Shown in pieces: positions 8,127 through 16,125 of a stretch of DNA of 16,125 nucleotides. This DNA is from an uncultured cyanobacterium. Its GTDB lineage: Bacteria; Cyanobacteriota; Cyanobacteriia; Cyanobacteriales; Microcystaceae. Location: positions 1 to 16,125 of the forward strand of contig CAWEDJ010000070.1 of NCBI GenBank assembly GCA_963807635.1, read 5' to 3'. Made by a program: the position numbers and the translations under genes. Numbering within the stretch: the stretch's first letter is position 1; every line of letters begins with the position of its first letter. The notes under the pieces were generated by a model. It searched no databases, was not told the origin of the DNA, and saw nothing but the letters and a program-made list of their open reading frames with translations.

Positions 8127-9622
8127 ATGAAAAAAATTTACGCGATCGGTGTGGGAGGCAGTGGAGCCAAATGTTTAGAATCCGCCATTTTTCTCCAGGC
8201 TTTAGGGATTTTTGGGAATGCTCGTTTGGGTCTTTTATTAGTTGATGCGGATGCGGCCAATGGAAACTCCCAACGTACCCAAATTAATCTCAAAAATACC
8301 CTAGAATGTTATCAACTTCTTAAGCCAAATTCAAACCAAACAAGCTCTTTTTTTTCAGGAGAATTAGCAGACTACGGCATTTGGAATCCTTTAGGAAAGG
8401 AAATTCATAGTAGCAATCTAAGCAAGATTTTTAATAAGCAAGGACTGGGGACAACTTCTCCTGCTTTGGCTAAACTTTTTGACGCGCTCTATAGTCCTGA
8501 TGAACAAGTCGCTGATCTCGCTGTTGGTTTTCGCGGTCGCCCTCCCATTGGTTCCGCCATCATGAGTCGTTTGGAATTAGAAACTCTCCAGAATGATCCT
8601 AATGATAATTGGCAACGCTTATTTAATAATATCCAGACCGATCGCGCTAACGGAGACGACGTTTCTATCCATCTTTTTGGCAGTGTTTTTGGGGGAACAG
8701 GGGCTTCTGGGGTTCCTACATTAGCGACCCTAATTTCTAAGCAACTTCGGGATAATAATTTACGGAATAATGTTCACCTTAATGCGTCTCTTTTATTGCC
8801 CTATTTTGGTTTTGAAAAACCTGATGAAGAGGAACAAAAAGTTTTTGCTGAAACACGCTTTTTTTCTTTTAATACCCAGGCGGCATTGCAATATTTGACA
8901 GAACATTCGGCGGGCGTGTTTGATACAGTTTATTTAATCGGGAATCAAGAAAAGAAAGATTATAAATCTTCTACGGGAGGAACTAAACAGCAAAATGATG
9001 CTCACTTTGTCGAACTTTATGCGGCTTTAGCGATTAATCATGGTTTCAGTCAAGCGATTGGCGCAAACCCAAGCGGCTTATATTAGTCGTACCAGTCAGG
9101 AAAATTTAACTTGGCAAGATATTCCCGATCGCGAAATTGTTAAAAAGCGATTAGCAAAAGGAGTAAGGTTTGCCTATGCTTGGTATTATAATTTTGCTTT
9201 GGAGTTAACATCTGCTCAGAAATTAGGGGCTAAAAAATTTGCGAAAGGGGCCCCTTGGTTTCGTTACTTTTTTAGTCTGAAAAAAGAAAGTGATGGAACC
9301 TTACCTACTTTGTCAGAAGAAGCTCAGAAAAAACAGGCGGAAGTGTTAGAGAAATGGACTCAAGGTTTTTTAATTTGGGCCCAACAAATTGCCCAATCCC
9401 ATCGCCAAGGCGAGCAATTATTCCGTCTTAAGACTCTTAATTTAAAAACCGAAAATCGTTCTCCCGCCGATCATTTAAGTGAATTGATCATCGATAGTCC
9501 TAAAAGCTCTAAGGAAAAAGACCGCGATCGCCTAGATACGTTTAAGAATGAATTAGCGGATCAGGGGCCAAAAAGATCAGGGCGTGTCGGGATTAGCCCA
9601 TGAATTATTTAATTTGATTTAA
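8127..9622 (+). CDS. Tubulin/FtsZ-like GTPase (Tubulin_2/FtsZ-like type), ~497 aa after correcting two apparent frameshifts (~9062 and ~9572)
   Basis: ATG at 8127 with GGAGG at 8113-8117. Motifs: IGVGGSG (G at 8148), LLVDAD, GFRGRPPIG, GSVFGGTGASG (tubulin signature, GGTGASG at 8691-8711), LLLPYF, NTQAAL. ORFs 8127-9086 and 9040-9603 overlap in +1 register. Removing one A from the A5 run at 9570-9574 gives ...PKDQGVSGLAHELFNLI* ending at 9622; this second correction is less certain. Confidence 0.85.
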
Positions 9623-9636
9623 TCTAGGAAAATTTC

Positions 9637-9966
9637 ATGCAGATTATTAAAACTCCCCTAAGCCAAACCCTAGACAAACTAAAGGAACAACTTTTTCGGC
9701 AGTATCAAGAAAAACTGAGTTCTCTTATTCTGTTCGGTTCCCAAGCTCGGAAAGAAGCAAATCCTGAATCAGACATTGATGTGTTAGTACTCCTAAAAGG
9801 TGAAGTAAATCCCTTAATAGAAATCAAAAAAAACAGTGTTTGGCTTGCCGAGCTTTGTTTAGAAACTGAAGCTTTAATTAACTGTATGTACTTATCCGAA
9901 GAACAATTTCAAATTCGGAATGATCCCCTATTCCGCCAGATTAAACAGGAAGGAATAATAATGTGA
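9637..9966 (+). CDS. Minimal nucleotidyltransferase (MNT), putative antitoxin
   Basis: ILFGSQARKEANPESDIDVLVLL is the Pol-beta-like GS...DxD motif; ends IKQEG; 109 aa; overlaps the HEPN gene by 4 bp (GTGA). Confidence 0.92.
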   Translation: MQIIKTPLSQTLDKLKEQLFRQYQEKLSSLILFGSQARKEANPESDIDVLVLLKGEVNPLIEIKKNSVWLAELCLETEALINCMYLSEEQFQIRNDPLFRQIKQEGIIM

Positions 9967-10364
9967 ATGAAAATCAAACCCAACTTTTTAAAAAAGCAGA
10001 ACAAAGTTTGGAAGTATCTCAATATTTATATCAAGGTGGTTACTATGATTTTGCGATGGCTAGAGCCTATTACACGATGTTTTATCTTGCTTCAGTGCTT
10101 TTGGAGGGCGAAAATCTCAGTTTTTCAAAACATTCTGCTGTTATATCTGCGTTTGGTAAAGAATTCGCTAAAACAGGTAAAATTCCCAAGGAGTTTCATC
10201 GCCATCTAAAAGAGGCACAAGATTTTCGTAACTTAGGAGATTATGGAGAAATGAATTTAATTACAGCAGAAGAAGCTGAATTACAAATAGAACGTTCAGA
10301 AACATTTTTAAGGTTTGTCAAGAATGCCTTAAAAAATTCAACCAAGATTATGGAGTCTAATTAA
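9963..10364 (+). CDS. HEPN-domain protein (UPF0332/COG1895-like), partner of MNT
   Basis: KAEQSLE...ARAYYTMFY...FSKHSAVISAFGKEF...FRNLGDY pattern; translationally coupled to the MNT gene. Confidence 0.9.
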   Translation: MNENQTQLFKKAEQSLEVSQYLYQGGYYDFAMARAYYTMFYLASVLLEGENLSFSKHSAVISAFGKEFAKTGKIPKEFHRHLKEAQDFRNLGDYGEMNLITAEEAELQIERSETFLRFVKNALKNSTKIMESN

Positions 10365-10368
10365 ATTA

Positions 10369-10932
10369 ATGGTTACAATTGCTCTTAAATCCTATAGTTT
10401 TGAAGAATATTGTCACTATAATGACAACACAGACAATCGTTATGAATTGGTTGATGGCCATCTGAAAATGATGACTCCTCCTAGTTTTCGCCATTTATTG
10501 ATTGCTGATAAATTAAAAGAAATTCTCAATCAAGAAATTAAACGTCAGCAAAAATCCCTCGTTTGTCTGTCTGAATTAGTAGTCCGAACGGGTTGGAAAA
10601 AATCTCGTATTGTGGATTTAGCGGTGATTTCTCGTAGTCAGGTTATCGACTCTTTAGAACAAACAGCGATCTGTGAAATTCCTTCTTTATTGGTCATTGA
10701 AATTGTTAGTCCCGATTCGATTCAACGGGATTATCGTTACAAACGCTCAGAATACGCGGCTGTGGGCATTGCTGAATATTGGATTGTTGATCCCCTGGAG
10801 CAAAAAATGACGGTATTAACCTTTAATGAAGGTCTTTATGATGAACAGATTTTCTTGGGAGAAACCGCGATCGCCTCTAACCAATTTCCTGAACTAAAAA
10901 TCACTGTCAACGAAATCTTAACTATCAATTAA
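10369..10932 (+). CDS. Uma2/DUF820 family PD-(D/E)xK-fold protein
   Basis: SFEEY...RYELVDG...MTPPSFRH...SRIVDLAVI...LLVIEIVSPDS..RDYRYKRSEYAAVGIAEYWIVDP. Confidence 0.93.
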   Translation: MVTIALKSYSFEEYCHYNDNTDNRYELVDGHLKMMTPPSFRHLLIADKLKEILNQEIKRQQKSLVCLSELVVRTGWKKSRIVDLAVISRSQVIDSLEQTAICEIPSLLVIEIVSPDSIQRDYRYKRSEYAAVGIAEYWIVDPLEQKMTVLTFNEGLYDEQIFLGETAIASNQFPELKITVNEILTIN

Positions 10933-10934
10933 CT

Positions 10935-13900
10935 ATGACTAACTCTAATACTAACTACCATCCTCTTTTACCCAAAACGACTCAAAATTTTTCTGGCGGC
11001 TCTGCGGCGGGGGAATGGAAAACGGATGGTGTGCCGCTTTTTAATCGTCTGGGGAATAGTCTCGATTTTGAATCGGGCAATCATAACGAAATTAATTCGA
11101 TTCCGAGTCCCTGGTCTCGCGCTTTACAATTTATTTCAGCCATGCGGAATGACAAATATCCCAGCCGTGAATGGTTGATCGCTCAATATCGGGGTTTCTT
11201 GGCCGCGATCGCGCTTTCAGAAAATCTCAAATTACCTTTACAGGCGATCAAAATTAATTTAAAGGATCATCAAAGGACAGAATTTGGGCGTTGTTTAGAG
11301 AAATTGAAGCCCAATGCTCAGGACAATGTTTTTGCAGTTGAATTAGAGGGCGGGCCTTGGTCTCAGCTTTATTTGTTTGAATCCGAGGGAACGGTGCTAG
11401 GTTTTACGAGTCCTGCGACCTTGGTTGTACCGACGGGTCATCTCAGAAAAAATCTGAGTCAACGGATTCCCTGGGTTAAGGGTAACTTTTTTGCTGATCC
11501 CATCAAAAATGGCTTAACCCAGACTCAAAAGGAAATTCTTGCGCCCTGGTTACAGAATTTACAAACGGAATTGCTCAAAAATCCTGTGAATGAGAAATTA
11601 GCGGGGGAAGTCGCTACCGAACTGGATCGATTTTTGCAAGATCTGGCGGTCTCAACAGTTGATATTTTTCAGCCAACGGAGAAGCCTTTTCCTTTTGGTG
11701 AGGCGTTGGCTCCTGCTCCTTTGACGGCGTTGATTCCTGCGAAGGTGGTAGAGCAAGAGTCTAATGTGAAGGTTTTGGCTTCTAAGGGTTTAAATCCAGC
11801 GAAACCGCTCTATATTATCGATTCCAATCAGCTTCCTGCCATGATGGGGCGAGATGTGCGGGATATTAATGTGATTGGTTCTTCTCCTTTGCCAATTTTG
11901 ATCGCAGTTCACACCAAAATGAAAACGGTCTGTTTTTGTTTCCCGATGAGTTATTTACCAAGGAGTTGTTTTATACGCGCAGTAAGGGTTTATTGCCTGG
12001 AACCTGGCTGGATCGGAAGTTAAATCTGGATAATTTGACGATTTTTCTGCCGTTGAATTCTATTTTGAAGGAGTATTTCACGAGTCAAGATCTGGAGACT
12101 CAGGTGCAATTTTCTTCCATTAATACCCCAGAAGGGCCAGGGGTCAAGGTTACTTTGGGTTTAACGTTGTCGGGTTTTAAGGAAACAACGGCATCGGGGC
12201 AAACTCAACAAAGAACGGTTAAGTATCAGGTGACTAAGGATTTTCCGCTCAGGGCGGAGAATGAAATCAAGACGGCGTTTCCGACCCTTGCCCTTTGGCC
12301 GAATGTGCCACCAGGAAAATGGAAGGAATATTTTATTTTGGTGGAAACTTCTGAGGATTTTGGCGGTTTGGCGTTTAAGATTGAGCAACCAACGGATAAA
12401 GCGACTCAGGAAACTCGCAAGTCTGGTCAGGAGAGTTATCAATATTGGAAGTGCGATCGCTATCCAGAGATTCTTTCGGCGATCGATGGGGATGCTCAGT
12501 TTTTGGGTTTATTGCCTTTGAGTATTCCGAAGGTTCAGGCAAGTGGTGCAGGAACTTGGACAGTCGGCGTTGATTTTGGTACTTCTTTTACTAATATTTA
12601 TGTCCGTAAAGGGAATGGTCAACCAGAACGCTTTAATTTACAGACTAATTTGTTGAAGATTACAAGAGGTTTAGAAGACATTCAGGCTGTCACCTATCGA
12701 GAATTTTTTGTTCCCGATGCTTTTTTACCAGAAGGAAAAAATCCCCCACTTTCAACAATATTGACAACTAGAGGATGGCAGGAAGTTGAAGCTCAAATTC
12801 CTACTCCAATTAATCATGCTCGCATCTATTTACCTCGTTTGGACTCTAGGCATATTGACAAAGACTACATTAAAACCAATATAAAATGGCAGCAAATCCA
12901 GTATCAACGCCCATTTTTGGGTCAGTTATTACGATTGATTTCGGCCCAGTCCGCTCAAGAAGGTGTACATACCTTAGAGTGGTCTTTTTCCTATCCTTCT
13001 GCTTTTTCTCAGGGGGAACAAAATCGCTATGAAGCTACTTGGCAAAACTTACTTCAAGATTTAACACAAATCTCAGGTCAGACTAATAGACAATTGGGTG
13101 GCCAAGCTCTTCGCACAGAAAGTATTGCATTTGCTCAATTTTTTGGAGATATTCTAGGTAAAGATTTAGTGCATACCACTTGCATTGATGTGGGGGGAGG
13201 AACTTCTGATATATCTATTTGGCAGGATAATAAATTAATTCATCAAGCATCTGTTCCCTATGCAGGACGAGAGCTGTTTCATCAAATTTTAAGATCCAAC
13301 TTAGCTTTTATTGGTGAAATTTTTGGTTTTTCTTCTCAAGGAGCTGAGACTTTACGTGAAAACTTCGCTAGTCGGCAAAATTTTAATTCAGCATTAGATC
13401 TCTATCTTCGAGGACAAGCAGATAACTTTCTTGCTAATGGTTACGTTATGAATTCTGATAAACAACGTAGTCGAGAGTTCCGTACTTTAGTTGCTTTTTC
13501 TTTAGGGGGTTTATACCACTATCTAGGATTAGTTCAAAAATATCTAAGCATAGAAGGAAAATTCAAACAAAAGGATTATCTGACTTCTATTTTGATTGGG
13601 GGAAATGGATCTCGCTTTTTAAATTGGCTAACCACCAGTGGCCGCTATACTACTAAATCTGAAATTAATGATCTCCTTAGAGGAGTATTGACACGAGCTT
13701 CTGGTTTACGAGCTAATCCTGATTTAATGTCTCTTTCTCCCCAACCCAAAGATGAGGCGTGTGGGGGATTAGTCGTTTTGCCTGATGGGGAAAAGTTGAC
13801 AGGATGGCAAGAAAAACGGAAGGATTGTCTTTTCTTAGGTGAAACTTGCACAATTAATGGCAAAACTTTTGCTCCCGACCAACGACTAGAACTAAACAAG

Positions 13901-14206
13901 GATTGGGAAAGCATTGAAGATTTTCGGATTACTTCTTTCAATGAATTAGAAAGCTATATTAATCACTTCAATACGATTATTGCGGATGAAAATATTAAAG
14001 AAATTGATCCACTTCGCAACTTTGAAAAGGGTGGTTTATTTACAATGACAGGTGATTTACAGACGCTTTTGGAAACCTCTGTTACCAAAGTTTGCCTCCG
14101 AAAGAAAGGCTCAGTAAATGAATTTGAACCCGAACCGCCATTTTTACTGGTTCTTCGGTGTTTTGTCAGTGTTCTCGCTAAAGAGTGGTCTAAAACAGCA
14201 AATTGA
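10935..14206 (+). CDS. Large actin/Hsp70-fold ATPase with ~540-aa unknown N-terminal region, ~1090 aa after correcting one apparent frameshift (~11890)
   Basis: The downstream frame is open from 11870 and overlaps ORF 10935-12023; joining gives ...VIGSSPL/ANFDRSSHQNENGLFLFPDELF... ASKHA motifs: VGVDFGTSFT (12563-12592), FSYPSAF, TESIAFA, CIDVGGGTSD (13181-13210), YAG, GGNGSR (13598-13615), PKDEACGGL. Confidence 0.85.
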
Positions 14207-14216
14207 GGAACCAGTT

Positions 14217-15289
14217 ATGAACAACAAGTTATCATCTACTCTGATCGTAGCTACTGTAATTATTGTACCTACCACGATTATCTTACTTAATCAAACGGCG
14301 ATACATAGTGCAGTTAATAAAAGTCAATTATGGTTATTTCCATCTCTATTGATAATAGGATTTGTAATCAATATTGTGATTCTAATATTGATTTATTATG
14401 GATTAAATAAAATATTAAAGTATTTCGGTTTACCACCTATTTTTAGAACAAGGCCAAAAAAGGTAATAATAGTAGTGATTTTAATCAGTATATTGAAAGC
14501 TTACTATCTGAAGAATTGAATCAGTTAGACTTACCACTTATTAAAATTCAATTGGATAAGTTACTAAATGATCTTGGTTTATCTATAGAAGATAAATTGC
14601 TACTTAACAATCAAGCTTCATATCCTTTTAAAACTCCAAAGAAACAAAAGAAAGCTACTGAGGAAAAGGAAACTACAGAACAAAAATTGTATCAAATTTT
14701 CAGTCAAATCAACAAATTAGTTGATGCTCAAAATCGACTTATAGTAGATTTTAAAAGCTTTTCTGAAGAGACAATAGATGAGATTTCTAAGCTGAGTCAA
14801 CAACCTCTTTCAATTTCAAATAAAGAAGATTCTTCTCAATCGTCTCAGGTTAATCAATCTTCAGATAACTTAACTTTTAATAAATCTGAAATGTCATCAG
14901 ATCTAATAGAGCTAGTTAAAGAATTTAACATTCCAAATATTGAGTATTTTCGTTATCCTTCTTTTATTCCTTTAGCTTTAACAAAACAATCTATTCAAGG
15001 AGATTTTGATTCAACTTTTAGTCGAATTATTCAGCTAGAAATTTCTTCAGATAGTTCTCAAGACTCCTACTATCTTAAAGTTGAGATAGATAGTGAAAAT
15101 TGGTTAATCCCAAATATAACTTCAAATCGTTTTCATACAATAATAAATAGTTTAAATGAAAATCCTGAGATTTTTGTCGTTCATCCTGGTTCAGGTACTT
15201 TGCAATTAGTCAAACCAGCCAAACTTAAAGAAGTTAGTTCAGGAATTTGGAACATTGAAGAACCTGGAGAATTTACAGAGCAACAATAA
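14217..15289 (+). CDS. Two-TM membrane protein with coiled coil and C-terminal 'KPAKL..W..EPG' domain, ~357 aa after correcting one apparent frameshift (A6 run at 14456-14461)
   Basis: ATG at 14217 with GAGGA at 14205-14209. The frame of ORF 14516-15289 is open back to 14447. Adding one A gives ...RTRPKKGNNSSDFNQYIESLLSEELNQLDLP... Confidence 0.75.
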
Positions 15290-15363
15290 ATAGATATTTG
15301 GAAGACTAGATTTAGTTTTTGGGTCTTAAAATTCAGAAACTAGATCAATTACTTCGATAAAAT

Positions 15364-16125
15364 ATGAAAAAACTTTCACGACTTATTCTCATTGTTATTA
15401 CAAGTATTATTCTACCAACTTTTTATTCTCCGAGTTGGGCAAAAGAGTGTCCTGCTATTCCTAAAACAATTAAAGTAGTGACAGTAAAAACTGATATCGC
15501 AAAGCTTCGGCAAAAACCAAATCAAAATAGTAAACTAGCCCCAAACTCTTTGCAAAAGACAAGCTCAAAGTGGTTAGTTTTAAGCCAATACTTCAGCAAT
15601 ATTGTTGGTATAAAGTTAGTCTTCTCAAGGATAAAAATAAAGGGCAGTACTGGATTGCAGACGTTGGAATTAGTGAATTTCCATTTGCCATCAAATCACC
15701 AAAGGTTACATCTTCTCCTTCTAAAAAAAATCAGCAAAATTCTTCTTCTAAACAGTATCAAGAAAATACTAATCAACCAACAAATTTTTCTATTTTAATT
15801 ATCTTTATTGGATTAGGAGCATTATCTATAAGTGGAATTGTTTTTTCACTATATTGTGTCTCTTTATTTAAAGAATATGACAAACAAATTGAAATTCTTC
15901 AAGAAACTTTAGAAGACTCTGAAAAGCAAATTAAAAATATTCAAAATACTGTAGAAAAATCAAAGCAACAAATAGAAAATCAATTTAATAATCAAATTTA
16001 TCTTAATACTCAGGTTAATCAGTTACTCGAAGTAATTAAAAATATTCTTCAATACAAATCACTTTTTTTATCCCCTCAAATTAAAGAACTTGTAACGCAG
16101 TTTAACCATCTCAATCGTGAGCTAT
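15364..16125 (+). CDS. Signal peptide, SH3b-like domain, TM and coiled-coil protein; one apparent frameshift (~15556); 3'-truncated by window edge
   Basis: Signal peptide ending SWA, then VTVKTDIAKLRQKPNQNS. The -1 frame is open from 15534 to the window end: DKLKVVSFKPILQQYCWYKVSLLKDKNKGQYWIADVGIS...FSILIIFIGLGALSISGIVFSLYCVSLF (TM)...coiled coil...IKELVTQFNHLNREL. Confidence 0.75.

Larger units (their letters stand above)
2317..12460. repeat. HIP1 octamers (GCGATCGC), 13 perfect copies
   Basis: Counted by eye, starting at 2317, 2920, 3553, 3745, 4035, 5561, 5941, 6686, 8047, 9524, 10867, 11205 and 12453, plus many 7/8 matches. Confidence 0.9.

Noticed and set aside
6389..13941. Small overlapping or antisense ORFs (6389-6577, 7162-7365, 7350-7556, 9967-10209, 12161-12442, 12261-12521, 13645-13941)
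   Set aside because: All are nested in longer motif-bearing genes and lack independent coding evidence.
8127..14206. Calling these genes ftsZ and ftsA/mreB/dnaK
   Set aside because: FtsZ NTD, GAG and T7 motifs are absent, the ATPase has a ~540-aa extra N-terminus and no DnaK substrate-binding domain, and there is no dcw/mre context.
9055..15560. Programmed ribosomal frameshifting as the explanation for the split ORFs
   Set aside because: Mixed +1/-1 directions, most sites lack a slippery heptamer, and no stimulatory hairpins were seen. The A6G at 14456-14462 is the only canonical-looking site and is more simply a homopolymer error.
1..16125. CRISPR array, tRNA/rRNA, transposase or integrase
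   Set aside because: No regularly spaced repeats, cloverleaf or rRNA-like sequence, or recombinase motifs were seen. The only periodic repeats are coding (Ffh GM tail, coiled coil).

Overview
Cyanobacterial DNA (13 perfect HIP1 octamers GCGATCGC, Uma2 genes, cyanobacterial-type Ffh). The left end is housekeeping: the 3' part of a GGDEF diguanylate cyclase and ffh (SRP54). Then comes a patchwork of small accessory modules whose borders fall on intergenic HIP1 sites: a ~44-codon relic of cytochrome c oxidase subunit III, a hicB-hicA pair, a single-pass membrane protein and a Uma2 gene. From ~4.9 kb to the window end is a co-directional cluster that looks like one uncharacterised envelope-spanning NTPase system. 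It encodes a vWA/MIDAS lipoprotein, a 4-TM protein, a divergent tubulin/FtsZ-like GTPase, a ~1090-aa actin/Hsp70-fold ATPase with a large unknown N-terminal region, and up to three proteins sharing an unnamed 'PAKL...W..xExG' domain (two membrane-anchored, one with an SH3b-like ectodomain). An MNT-HEPN pair plus a second Uma2 gene sit between the tubulin-like and actin-like genes. Four genes of the system carry five apparent single-base frameshifts (sequencing error or decay), which hide their true size in the ORF track. All family calls are from motifs read by eye; no database search was run.
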